64,000 nucleotides of DNA from assembly GCA_963797095.1 (NCBI GenBank), contig CAWCNY010000006.1, forward strand, positions 1-64,000, given 5' to 3'. Positions 10,644 to 20,676 of this stretch are shown here, piece after piece. The notes below the pieces were generated by a model that saw only the letters and a program-made list of their open reading frames with translations, did no database searches and was not told where the DNA came from. The DNA is from an uncultured Chloroflexia bacterium. GTDB lineage: Bacteria; Chloroflexota; Chloroflexia; QHBQ01; JADMIH01. Every line of letters starts with the position of its first letter. Position 1 is the first letter of the stretch. Position numbers and translations under genes: made by a program.

Positions 10644-12728
10644 GTGCCTGTAGAGATCACCGAAACCGCCTTGCTCGTCGATGGGCAGGAAGTCCCTGTC
10701 TATTCGGGCACCGTACACTACTGGCGGTTAGAGCGCGAGCGCTGGCCCGCCATCCTGGACCAGGTGGTGGCGCTCGGCTTCAAGATGATAGAGACCTATA
10801 TCCCCTGGTCGGTCCACGAGATAAAACCCGGCGTGTTCGATTGGGGCCACCCCGAATCCGATATGTCTAGCGAGGGTTGCCACGACGACCGCAAAGACCT
10901 GGAAGGCTTCATGTCGCTTTGCGAAGAGCGCGGCATCTGGCTCATCGTGCGCCCCGGACCCTTGATCAACGCCGAATTGACCGATTTCGGGTTCCCTGAG
11001 TGGGTGCTGCTCGATCCTGATGCGCAGGCCCATACCGCCGTTGGCAGCCTGCACCTCGATGCCGCCTACAACCTGCACCCACCTCGGCCATTCCCCGTAC
11101 CCTCCTACGCGAGCGAGCTATTCTATGAGTACGTGGGGCGCTGGTACGACCAGGTTTGCCCGAAGATAATCCGGCACCTGGCCCCGAACGGCTGTGTGGT
11201 GGCCGTGCAGAGCGATAATGAAACGTGTTATCTCTTCCACGACCAGACCTATGCCACCGACTACAGCCCCGCCTCTCTTGCCCTCTATCGCTCCCGGCTC
11301 CGCGACAAGTACGGCGATATCCAGGCCCTCAACTCTGCCTACCGTACGAGCTACTCGGCTTTCGAGCAGGTGGAACCTCCCAGGGACTGCGAGATCGAGG
11401 AGCGTGCCGATCTGCCCAGGCACCTCGATTGGGCTGAGTACAAAGAGTACCAGATCATCTACGCCGTTTCGCGTTGTGCCAAAATGCTGCGCGACCGAGG
11501 GATAGACGGCGTACCCGTGTTCCACGATGTCGCCTACCAGCAGCGCACGCCCCTCGACCTGGCAAAGATGGAGGCCGATCCCTACATAGATTGGGTTGGT
11601 ATCAACTGCTACCGCAACAAAGAAGATTTCACAGGCGCGGTTCGTCTCGCCCGCTACCTTACGGGCAGCGTTCAATTGCCGTTTGTGCCTGAGCTTGGCT
11701 GCGGCATCTGGAGCCACCACCCCGCTACGCCTGAGCCTGTAGACCACGAGATCATCACTCTTGGGATGCTAATGCACGGCCTACGAGCCTTCAACCTCTA
11801 TATGCTAGTAGAGCGCGAGCGCTGGCAGGGCAGCCCCGTCACGAGGCACGGTGCCCTCCGACCCGACCGCGCTGATTTCTATGTAAGGCTGAATACCTTC
11901 TTGCAACGCCACCATTTCTGGCGTTTCAAACGCGATTGCCAGGTGCTGGTGCTCCGCAACTACGACCTGGGCCGCTATGCCGCCATCACGCAAACGCTAT
12001 CCTATGCCCACACCGATCTCCTGGGTTTGCCCCCTGAGCTTTTCACCGTAGAACCCGACCTGGGTCTGCGCTGGGATGCCCTGGCCGAATCGCAGGCAGA
12101 GATGGCTACACTCGCTAACTCGTTCCCAGGACACCACGCGCCCGGTACCTGGATGGGCACTCTCCTGACTTCTCTGTCTGCCCGGTCGCTCGACTACGAC
12201 ATAGCAGACACCCATGTAGATATAGATCGCCTAGGAAAATACAGCGCCCTCTTTCTGAACGCCACCGACTTCATGGATTTAGAAGATCAGCAAAAGATCC
12301 TGGAGGCGATTTCAGCCGGGTCCACCGTAGTCGTAGGCCCTGGTATTCCCTACACCGACCCCACCATGCAGCGTCCCGGCATCCTGGATCGCTACCTTAC
12401 CGCCCCTGGGCAAGCGCAGATCGGGCGGGGCCGCCTCATCTGGGCAGAACAAACCAACCTGCCTGAGGTGCTCTCACAGGTTGCCCCTCCACCCGAATAT
12501 AGCTGTAACGACCCTTCTATCGCCCTCACCGTGTGGCGCGACGGCTCTCAAACCCTCCTTTTTTCCGCCAACCCCACGCCCCACTCCCGTGCGGTTACCC
12601 TTACTTTCAACGGCTCTCGCACCCTGCGGTCGGTGTGGGGGTCCGAGCAGGTATTGTCGGGCGAAAATTCGATAGATTTCGCCTTGCAGCCCTACGCCGT
12701 CCAGATCTGGGAGGCCAACCTTGATTGA
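10644..12728 (+). CDS. GH35/GH42-like beta-galactosidase-type glycoside hydrolase
   Basis: 'SGTVHYWRL', 'IETYIPWSVHE', 'RPGPLINAE', 'VQSDNE' acid/base motif; GTG start after GAGGAG. Confidence 0.8.
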   Translation: MPVEITETALLVDGQEVPVYSGTVHYWRLERERWPAILDQVVALGFKMIETYIPWSVHEIKPGVFDWGHPESDMSSEGCHDDRKDLEGFMSLCEERGIWLIVRPGPLINAELTDFGFPEWVLLDPDAQAHTAVGSLHLDAAYNLHPPRPFPVPSYASELFYEYVGRWYDQVCPKIIRHLAPNGCVVAVQSDNETCYLFHDQTYATDYSPASLALYRSRLRDKYGDIQALNSAYRTSYSAFEQVEPPRDCEIEERADLPRHLDWAEYKEYQIIYAVSRCAKMLRDRGIDGVPVFHDVAYQQRTPLDLAKMEADPYIDWVGINCYRNKEDFTGAVRLARYLTGSVQLPFVPELGCGIWSHHPATPEPVDHEIITLGMLMHGLRAFNLYMLVERERWQGSPVTRHGALRPDRADFYVRLNTFLQRHHFWRFKRDCQVLVLRNYDLGRYAAITQTLSYAHTDLLGLPPELFTVEPDLGLRWDALAESQAEMATLANSFPGHHAPGTWMGTLLTSLSARSLDYDIADTHVDIDRLGKYSALFLNATDFMDLEDQQKILEAISAGSTVVVGPGIPYTDPTMQRPGILDRYLTAPGQAQIGRGRLIWAEQTNLPEVLSQVAPPPEYSCNDPSIALTVWRDGSQTLLFSANPTPHSRAVTLTFNGSRTLRSVWGSEQVLSGENSIDFALQPYAVQIWEANLD

Positions 12729-13545
12729 CCCTCACTGGAGCGTGATAGACCTCGATCCCCACACGTGGCGCACAATTGGCAGCTTGTTCGACCCCGGCCA
12801 ATACATACGAACATCACAAAACGATGAGCATGGACTTTTCGTGTTGCACTCCGGTGGCCGCCCTCTTCGTGTGGTAGATACGGCCACGGGCGTTCGCCGG
12901 GACCTGCCAATCGAGCAAGTAGATGACCCACGCGCGCTTGCTTCCCACCTCTTTGCCACGGGCGAATGGCAGCGGGTGCACATAATAGACAAGCGCCACC
13001 TGGCCCATGTGGCAAAAGAAGCTCAATCCAACCCCCGCCGCGACCTGACCCTGGATCAATATTATCACCTCGTCTATAATCTACTCTGGGATGGCTCCGG
13101 GGGCTATGTTAGCTTCCCCGAACACCCCGGCCACTGGCATGGATGGGTTTACCATGATTTGAACAGTTTCATAGCTGCCCTGCCCAATCCATCCACGGTA
13201 GCCCTTATCGTACTGGACGGAAGTCGCACCAGTATCGGGCTGGTACTCGACATATCAGATCGACTCATAAGGACAGTAACTACTCTCGAAACCTTTGATC
13301 CCTCCCCCACCGTAGTCGCACCCCCAACTTTCGACCTGACTGCTACCGACTTCAGGCGATTGTGGGCGCTGCTACAGGCACGCTACGAGCGTGGGTCCGG
13401 TTCCCGGCCTGTCGCCGCTCTATTATGTGCGCACTCTGTTTTCAGCAGGTGGTTGGACGAACCAACGCAGGCCGGTAAGCGGCAAATACTGGAAAAAGCG
13501 CGCGACCTGGGGGAAGCATTCTGGCGTATTGACCTGCGCGCATGA
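12721..13545 (+). CDS. Hypothetical protein within the sugar operon
   Basis: 274-aa ORF, TTG start after GGAGG, overlaps the upstream stop and ends 10 nt before xylA. Confidence 0.7.
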   Translation: MIDPHWSVIDLDPHTWRTIGSLFDPGQYIRTSQNDEHGLFVLHSGGRPLRVVDTATGVRRDLPIEQVDDPRALASHLFATGEWQRVHIIDKRHLAHVAKEAQSNPRRDLTLDQYYHLVYNLLWDGSGGYVSFPEHPGHWHGWVYHDLNSFIAALPNPSTVALIVLDGSRTSIGLVLDISDRLIRTVTTLETFDPSPTVVAPPTFDLTATDFRRLWALLQARYERGSGSRPVAALLCAHSVFSRWLDEPTQAGKRQILEKARDLGEAFWRIDLRA

Positions 13546-13555
13546 GGAGCATACT

Positions 13556-14719
13556 ATGAGCTATACACCAACTCCAGCCGATAGATTCACCTTCGGCCTT
13601 TGGACCGTGGGCAACATCGGGCGCGACCCGTTTGGCGACGCGGTCCGATCTCTCCTCTCTCCTGTCGATCTCGTTCATCTCCTCGCCGAAGTGGGCGCAT
13701 ACGGTGTCAACTTCCACGACAATGACCTCGTGCCCATCGATGCCACCCCCGCCGAGCGGGATCGCATAGTGCGCGACTTCAAAGCTACCCTCCAGCAAAC
13801 CGGCCTCGTAGTGCCGATGGCGACCACCAACCTCTTCTTCGACCCAGCCTTCAAAGACGGAGCCTTCACAGCCAACGATCCCGCTGTGCGTGCCTATGCC
13901 TTGCAAAAAACCTTGCGGGCGGTAGACCTCGGTGTAGAGCTAGGGGCCAGAGTTTATGTTTTCTGGGGCGGGCGCGAAGGCGTAGAGAGCGACGCCACCA
14001 AGAACCCGCTCGACTCGCTAAAACGCTACCGCGACGCACTCAATTTCGTGTGCGAATACGTGCTCGATCAGGGTTACGATCTCAAACTCGCTCTAGAACC
14101 CAAGCCTAATGAGCCGCGTGGCGATATCTACCTGGCGACCGTTGGGGCCGCGCTCGCCTTCATTAACACCCTGGACCACCCCGATATGGTTGGTGTCAAC
14201 CCTGAGGTGGCTCACGAGCAGATGTCCGGCCTCAACTTCCTGCATGCAGTCGCCCAAGCGTGGGACGCGGGCAAGCTCTTCCACATCGATCTCAATGACC
14301 AGGCATTCGGGCGCTACGACCAGGATTTCCGCTTTGGTTCTGTCAATCTGAAATCCGCCTTCTTCCTGGTGAAGTTCCTCGAAGATGTAGGCTATACCGG
14401 CAGCCGTCACTTCGACGCCCACGCCTACCGCACCGAGGATTACAACGGTGTAAAGGACTTCGCAAAAGGCTGTATGCGTACCTACCTGATACTCAAAGAA
14501 AAGGCGCAGCGCTTCAACAATGACCAGGAGATTTAAGCCCTGCTCTCGGAAGTAAATAGCGCGACCGTCCCGTTGCCTGAATACGGTGGAGGCTATACAT
14601 CCGACAAGGCCAGTGCCCTTCAAGCCGCCGATTTTGACCGCCGCACTCTGGGCGCGAGAGGGCTTCCCTACGAAAGATTAGATCAACTGGTGGTCGACCT
14701 GCTTCTCGGCGTTCGATAG
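13556..14719 (+). pseudogene. xylA: Xylose isomerase with in-frame nonsense codon (TAA 14534-14536)
   Basis: 'FTFGLWTVG', 'NFHDND', '[12 protein letters not shown]', 'HFDAH'. The frame continues past TAA to 'GLPYERLDQLVVDLLLGVR*', giving 387 codons in total. Confidence 0.9.
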
Positions 14720-14733
14720 TACCCGCAACATCG

Positions 14734-14773
14734 CAGCCAGGCCACATTACAGGCGTGGTCTGGCTGTCTTCTT
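14734..14773 (+). terminator. Intrinsic terminator after xylA
   Basis: Stem CAGCCAGGCCAC/GTGGTCTGGCTG followed by TCTTCTT. Confidence 0.6.
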
Positions 14774-14959
14774 AATCATTTCCTAATTTTCCTCTCCACC
14801 TCCTTTAATCTTGGGTTGCTATCTTATACTTTAGAGAGTTAAAGCTGTGCACACCTACGTGCATCGCACGTTTGTGCTTAATGCAGTGCTAAAATCACCA
14901 GGAAACAACCGAATTAACGTAGGAAAGGAGGCACAACGCTGTTACCCCATGAAGCAGCG

Positions 14960-17395
14960 TTGCAATTAAGCATGCCAGAAACCGCAGATATCTTGTCCAG
15001 CACCTCGCAAGACACGGTTAAAGTAGCTACCATGCCGAGCAAGAATGGCACAGGTAGGCGAGATAAGCGCCGAAAACGAAAGGTTCCAGGCTTCATTAAA
15101 TGGCTCGTCGCGATAGTAATCATTGGAGGCATCGCAGGAGGTGTCTACCTGTGGAAGACTCAGACAGACGCCGCAGCAGAGCAAACAATAACGGTCACTT
15201 TGCCTGTCCTTCAAGGCGACATCAACACCACCGTCCAGAGCAACGGCAATATACAGGCCAGCCGGGAAGAGGCGGTCAATTACGAAACGACGGGCGATGT
15301 GGTTGAAGTATTGGTGAAGCCCGGCGACCACGTCCAGGCGGGCCAATCCCTTGTGCGCCAGACAGATGCCGACCAGAAGGAAGCAGTCTCTCAGGCCCAG
15401 GTCTCCCTCAACACCGCCCAGGCCAAGCTGGACGACCTTAAGAAAGGCGCATCCGATGCCGAGATAGCCAGCGCCCAGGCAGATGTCCAGTCTGCCCAGG
15501 CCGCCCTCGACAAGGTGAAAGCCGGGGCTACCGCCAAAGATATCGCCGATGCCCAGGCCGATGTGCGCCAGGCCCAGACCAACCTCGACACAGTTAAGGC
15601 GGGAGCTACCGCCAAAGAGATACAGGATGCCGAGGCCGACCTTAAGACCGCCCAGACTAATTACGATACGGTCAAGGCCGGGGCTACCGCCAAAGAGATA
15701 CAGGATGCCGAGGCCGACCTTAAGACCGCCCAGGCCAATTATGATGCCCTCAGTGAGCCTCCTTCGACGAGCGCCGTACAGGCCGCTCAATCTCAACTTG
15801 ATTCCGCCAAAGCGAAACTTGCTGCCCTCCAGGCCGGTCCCTCCGCGACCGAACTGAGCTCTGCTCAACTGGCCGTTACCCAGGCAGAAAACGACCTCAA
15901 AGGCATACAGGACGATGCCGCTCTCAACAAGCAGGAAAAAGAGCTTGCCCTGGCTAAGGCCGACCGAGACCTCGAACAAGCCCAGCGCGACTACAGCCAG
16001 ATAGCCAATCAAGTGCTGAACGAGAATGGTGACCTCACCGTTGATGCCTCCGACCCCAAATATAATCAGTACTGGACCGCTTACGACGCCCTCAAAGACG
16101 CTGAAGCGGGCCAGACCCAGGCCCTCGCCGAGCTTGATAACGTGCGCCAGAAGGAAATAGACGATGTGGCCGCTGCCCAGGCCAAGATCGATGATGCCAA
16201 CAAGCAGTTGGCAGAGGTACAGGCCGGGGCTACCTCGGAGGAAGTCGCTGCTGCCCAGGCCGATGTAGCTTCCGCCCAGAAAGCTCTCGATGACCTCACC
16301 GCCGGGCCTACGAAAGACCAATTAGCGACCGCTGAAGCTGCCGTTGTGAAGGCCCGGACCACCCTCGACCAGTTGAAGGCCGGGCCCACCGCCGACGATC
16401 TTGCTACCGCTGAAGCTGCCGTTGTGAAGGCCCGGACCACCCTCGACCAGTTGAAGGCAGGCCCAACTCCTGACGATCTGGCCCAGGCGCAGACCGCTCT
16501 CGACAAAGCCAACAACAACCTTGCCGACCTCAAGAAAGGCGCTACTCCCGACTCGATAGCCGCCGCCCAGGCCACCCTCGCCCAGAAGCAGGCCAGCCTC
16601 CAGGCGTTACTTGAGCCTGCCTCCGCGAGCGATATCGCCGCCGCCGAGCAGACTGTCGCCAGTGCGCAGAAGGACCTGGATGACGCGCAAGCCGAACTTA
16701 CCAAGACCGTGCTGACAGCGCCTTTCAGCGGCGTGGTAGCCTCCGTATCTGCCGAGCCTAACGCCAAAATATCAGTTGGAACCGAGGCAGTCACCATCTA
16801 CGACGAAAGTGGTATGCACATCGAGCTGGCCGTAAACGAAAGCGATATCCAGAGCATAAAGGAAGGCCAGGAAGCCTCCATCTCCATAGATGCCCTCCCC
16901 AATCAGGTGCTCACCGGCACTGTTAGCTCAGTATCCCTGGTCTCGCAGAGCAGCCAGGACGTAGTTACCTATCAAGTTGATGTCCAGTTTAATCCCCAGG
17001 ACCTGCCGATCAAAACAGGTATGAGCGCCAGCGCTGACATCATCACAGAGAGCCATCCAAACGTGATAGAGGTTCCCACCAGGGCGATCAAGACCCAGGG
17101 CAATATCAAGACTATAGATGTCCTCTACAACAATGTCCCTGTTACAGTGCGCGTTATCACCGGTGTGACCGACGGCACGATGACCGAGATCGTCAGTTGC
17201 GTCGAGACCAACAGCCAGTGCTTGCGCCCAGGCGACCAACTCTCAGTAACCACCACCGTCTCCGGTTCTTCAAGCAACAGCACTTCCCAGCAATTCCCCG
17301 GTGGAGGCTTTGTACAGTTTGGTGGGGGCGGTGCCTTCCCTGGCCCCGGCACCACCTTCAATAGAGAGAACAGGGGCACCGGCACCAATCGCTAA
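14960..17395 (+). CDS. Efflux periplasmic adaptor (HlyD/MacA-like) with greatly expanded helical repeats
   Basis: N-terminal TM anchor; lipoyl halves 'VLVKPGDHVQAGQSL' and 'LTAPFSGVV'; 'VNESDI', 'KTGMSA'; many ~26-aa 'AG(A/P)T..(D/E)I..A' repeats. Start uncertain (14939 CTG, 14960 TTG or 14972 ATG). Confidence 0.88.
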   Translation: MQLSMPETADILSSTSQDTVKVATMPSKNGTGRRDKRRKRKVPGFIKWLVAIVIIGGIAGGVYLWKTQTDAAAEQTITVTLPVLQGDINTTVQSNGNIQASREEAVNYETTGDVVEVLVKPGDHVQAGQSLVRQTDADQKEAVSQAQVSLNTAQAKLDDLKKGASDAEIASAQADVQSAQAALDKVKAGATAKDIADAQADVRQAQTNLDTVKAGATAKEIQDAEADLKTAQTNYDTVKAGATAKEIQDAEADLKTAQANYDALSEPPSTSAVQAAQSQLDSAKAKLAALQAGPSATELSSAQLAVTQAENDLKGIQDDAALNKQEKELALAKADRDLEQAQRDYSQIANQVLNENGDLTVDASDPKYNQYWTAYDALKDAEAGQTQALAELDNVRQKEIDDVAAAQAKIDDANKQLAEVQAGATSEEVAAAQADVASAQKALDDLTAGPTKDQLATAEAAVVKARTTLDQLKAGPTADDLATAEAAVVKARTTLDQLKAGPTPDDLAQAQTALDKANNNLADLKKGATPDSIAAAQATLAQKQASLQALLEPASASDIAAAEQTVASAQKDLDDAQAELTKTVLTAPFSGVVASVSAEPNAKISVGTEAVTIYDESGMHIELAVNESDIQSIKEGQEASISIDALPNQVLTGTVSSVSLVSQSSQDVVTYQVDVQFNPQDLPIKTGMSASADIITESHPNVIEVPTRAIKTQGNIKTIDVLYNNVPVTVRVITGVTDGTMTEIVSCVETNSQCLRPGDQLSVTTTVSGSSSNSTSQQFPGGGFVQFGGGGAFPGPGTTFNRENRGTGTNR

Positions 17396-17500
17396 CCCTT
17401 TCAGGATGCCTGTTCGCAGCCTACGCGAGCGGGCATCCTGGACGCCCTGTGCCATCTAGAACCTTTTGGCCGCAGGCTGAACAAGCGGAGAAAGTAACAA

Positions 17501-18256
17501 ATGGGACCAATTATCTCAGTACGCGATCTGGCAAAAACCTACATAATGGGCGAGATCGAAGTCGAGGCCCTTCGCGGCGTCAGCTTCGACATAGCTCCCG
17601 GCGACTTCGTGGCGATCATGGGGCCGTCCGGGTCGGGCAAATCGACCCTGATGAACCTGCTCGGCTGCCTGGATACGCCCACCGCCGGCCAGTATATCCT
17701 CGATGGACTGGCCGTCGAGCAGCTCGAAAGCGACGAGCTTGCTGCCGTCCGCAACCGCAAAATCGGCTTCATATTCCAGCAATTCAACCTCCTTCCTCGT
17801 AGCACCGCCCTCGAAAACGTCGAATTGCCTCTTGTCTACAGAGGCAACATCAAGAAAAACGAGCGATACGATCTGGCAGTGTCGGCTCTCGAAATCGTCG
17901 GCCTGGAAGATAGAATGGAGCACCATCCCCGCGAGCTATCGGGCGGCCAGCAGCAGCGCGTGGCGATTGCCCGCGCCCTGGTCACCCAACCCGCCATCCT
18001 TCTCGCCGATGAGCCGACCGGCAACCTCAACTCCCGCTCCAGCGAGGAAGTCATTGGGGTCTTTGAGCAATTGAACCGCCAGGGCAAAACAATCATCCTG
18101 GTAACACACGAGCATGATGTGGCCACTCATGCCCACCGGGTAATCACAGTGCGCGATGGCCTGGTGGAGAGCGACACGCTCAATATCACCGATGAGAGTT
18201 GGAGTGCAACTCCATCCAAAGCTAAGGAGGCCGAGCATGTCCACGCTCAAGCTTGA
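17501..18256 (+). CDS. ABC transporter ATP-binding protein (MacB/LolD type)
   Basis: Walker [33 protein letters not shown]. Confidence 0.95.
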   Translation: MGPIISVRDLAKTYIMGEIEVEALRGVSFDIAPGDFVAIMGPSGSGKSTLMNLLGCLDTPTAGQYILDGLAVEQLESDELAAVRNRKIGFIFQQFNLLPRSTALENVELPLVYRGNIKKNERYDLAVSALEIVGLEDRMEHHPRELSGGQQQRVAIARALVTQPAILLADEPTGNLNSRSSEEVIGVFEQLNRQGKTIILVTHEHDVATHAHRVITVRDGLVESDTLNITDESWSATPSKAKEAEHVHAQA

Positions 18257-19556
18257 GAGCGCTTTGCCCGTGGCAAAGCCACAAGAGGAAGAGACAGAAG
18301 AAACTGATTCGTTCGATCTTGAGACCGGGGGAATAAGCCTCCTTGAGAGTATCAGTTTGGCCTGGTCAACCCTCATGGCTAACAAAGTGCGTACTATTTT
18401 GACAGCCCTGGGCGTGATCATCGGCGTGGCTTCCGTAGTGGCGCTGCTGGCTATTGGCAATGGTAGCCAGGCCGAAATTACCGATCAGATCACCGCGAAC
18501 GGGGCCAATCTCCTGACGGTACGTGCCCAGGGCGCGGCAGGTGGCGGCAATGCCACCCTTACCACCGAGGATGCCGAGGCTTTAGCCGACCCTCTGAACG
18601 TGCCGGATGCAGAGTCTGTCTCCCCTGAGACCCAGGGCATCGCCTCCGTGGTGGCAGGCTCAAATAGCGAAAACACCATCGTCATAGGTGTCACTTCCGT
18701 CTATCTTGCGATGCACAACAACAAGTTGCAGTACGGCAGTTTCATCTCCCCGGAACAGGAGAGTACCAACGTCGTGGTGCTCGGCTCCCAGGCCTCCATA
18801 GACCTGTTTGGTGAAGATACGGACCCCACAGGCCAGACGATACGCATCAAGGGTATCAACTTCCAGGTGATAGGCGTGTTGCAAAGCAAAGGGTCAAGCG
18901 TCTTCAATTTCGATGACTCAGGCGTGCTTATACCCCTTTCGGTCGCCCAGAAGAAAGTAATCGGTGGGCGGGTTCAGAGCGCGGGCAACAAGACTTCGGT
19001 ATCGAGCATCGTGGTCGAAGCTAAAGACCAGAAGAGTGTTGACGCAGCACAGGCCGAGGTGGAAGCTCTCCTGCGCACCCGCCATAACGTCCCCTTCGAC
19101 GGTAGCTCCGATGACTTCACAGTTAGCAATCAGGCAGACCTGATCAATACCCTTACAGAAACCAGCCGCACAATGACCATTTACCTCGGGTCCATAGCGG
19201 CTATCTCCCTCATCGTCGGCGGTATCGGCATCATGAATATCATGCTGGTGGCAGTGCGAGAAAGGACCCGCGAGATCGGTCTGCGCAAGGCTATCGGCGC
19301 ACGGCAGCGCGACATCCTCACCCAGTTCCTCATCGAGGCGCTGATGCTCAGCACCACGGGCGGCCTGATCGGGCTGGCGATAGGAGTGCTGATAGCAGTG
19401 GTCGCCAACGAAACAGGGCAGACGAGAGCGCTTGTCAGTCCCGAATCGGTGGTGCTCGCCGTGGGGTTCGCGATGGCAGTTGGCCTCTTTTTCGGCATCG
19501 AACCTGCCCGTAGAGCCGCCAAGCTCGACCCCATCGAAGCCCTGAGATACGAGTAA
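18237..19556 (+). CDS. ABC transporter permease (MacB/FtsX-like)
   Basis: '[14 protein letters not shown]', '[28 protein letters not shown]', 'DPIEALRYE'; AAGGAGG before ATG 18237. Confidence 0.95.
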   Translation: MSTLKLESALPVAKPQEEETEETDSFDLETGGISLLESISLAWSTLMANKVRTILTALGVIIGVASVVALLAIGNGSQAEITDQITANGANLLTVRAQGAAGGGNATLTTEDAEALADPLNVPDAESVSPETQGIASVVAGSNSENTIVIGVTSVYLAMHNNKLQYGSFISPEQESTNVVVLGSQASIDLFGEDTDPTGQTIRIKGINFQVIGVLQSKGSSVFNFDDSGVLIPLSVAQKKVIGGRVQSAGNKTSVSSIVVEAKDQKSVDAAQAEVEALLRTRHNVPFDGSSDDFTVSNQADLINTLTETSRTMTIYLGSIAAISLIVGGIGIMNIMLVAVRERTREIGLRKAIGARQRDILTQFLIEALMLSTTGGLIGLAIGVLIAVVANETGQTRALVSPESVVLAVGFAMAVGLFFGIEPARRAAKLDPIEALRYE

Positions 19557-19639
19557 GTTTCTATCGAAAACCCCTCATGCGCATAAAGACGCGCTACGGT
19601 CAGCACAACTTCAACCAGATCCTAAAGGAGAACCTGTCA

Positions 19640-20545
19640 GTGAAACTAAAGCAACGACTAGCCATTCCGGTTGGTGTAGCCCTTTTGGGCGTGTGCCTCC
19701 TCCTCGCGGCTTGCGGCGGCACCAATTCAGGGGCCAACAGCAACGACCAGAGCTCGGCCAGCAACCAGTTCTTTGCCGACCGCAGCGGCACGCCCGATCC
19801 CAATGCCACCCCCTTGCCAGGCGCCGAGACCTTCGGTGGCGGCGCGCCGGGCGTGTTCGGCACGATTCAAAAGATAGATGGCAACAAGGTAACCGTCACA
19901 AGCGCCTTTACCAACACCGCGAGCACCACAAACGCTGCGCAAACGGTGGTGCAGGTCAGCAATTCAACCACCATCTCCAAGCAGGCCGATGCCCAGGCTT
20001 CCGATATCAAGGTCGGAGATGAGATCACCGCCATAGGCACCAAAGACGGCGATACAGTCACCGCCCAAATAGTGCAGATCGGAGGCGGGTTCGGTGGATT
20101 TGGAGGGCCGGGCGGATTTGTAGGCGGACGAGGGAACTTCCCTAACGCCAGCGGCACGCCGGGCGCAGGAGGCCGCAGGGCGTTCCCAAGCGGCACCCCT
20201 CCGGCAGGTTTCCAGGGCAACGGCGGTAATGACGGTAACGGCGGTGGCAACTTCAGAGGCAACTTCCCTAACGCCAGTGGCACGCCGGGTGTGACCGCCG
20301 ACTTCATATCCGGCACAGTCAACTCCGTAAACGGTGATACCGTCACAGTCAAGAGCACAGACGGCACATCGGCGACGTTCACAATCACCTCCGATACCAG
20401 GCTCCAGAAGAGCGTAGATGTGAAGGTTAGCGACCTGAAGGAAGGCGATAACATCACTGCCATGGGCCAGCAAAACGGAGATGTGTTCGAAGCCACGTCT
20501 ATTCAGGTGGTTGAGCGCTTCACGCAGCAAACATCAACTCCCTAG
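19640..20545 (+). CDS. Lipoprotein with two OB-fold-like (DUF5666-type) repeats and Gly-rich linker
   Basis: Lipobox LAAC; duplicated 'G.I..IDG..VTV....D(I/L)K.GD.ITA.G'; GTG start after AAGGAG. Confidence 0.7.
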   Translation: MKLKQRLAIPVGVALLGVCLLLAACGGTNSGANSNDQSSASNQFFADRSGTPDPNATPLPGAETFGGGAPGVFGTIQKIDGNKVTVTSAFTNTASTTNAAQTVVQVSNSTTISKQADAQASDIKVGDEITAIGTKDGDTVTAQIVQIGGGFGGFGGPGGFVGGRGNFPNASGTPGAGGRRAFPSGTPPAGFQGNGGNDGNGGGNFRGNFPNASGTPGVTADFISGTVNSVNGDTVTVKSTDGTSATFTITSDTRLQKSVDVKVSDLKEGDNITAMGQQNGDVFEATSIQVVERFTQQTSTP

Positions 20546-20581
20546 CCTGGATACCCCACCGGCAAACATGAAACATACTAT

Positions 20582-20618
20582 GAGAGGAAAATGGCGGTGC
20601 AGCCGCCATTTTCCTCTC
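20582..20618. terminator. Hairpin between convergent genes (probable bidirectional terminator)
   Basis: Perfect 16-bp stem GAGAGGAAAATGGCGG/CCGCCATTTTCCTCTC. Confidence 0.7.
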
Positions 20619-20676
20619 CTCTGCAGTCACTCCCAGTGTTTTCAAATCAGCCACAGGCGCCCCTTTCTCATAGCTG

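Noticed and set aside
14534-14536. Stop-codon recoding or alternative genetic code at the xylA TAA
   Set aside because: TAA terminates many other genes here normally; a point mutation or error is simpler.
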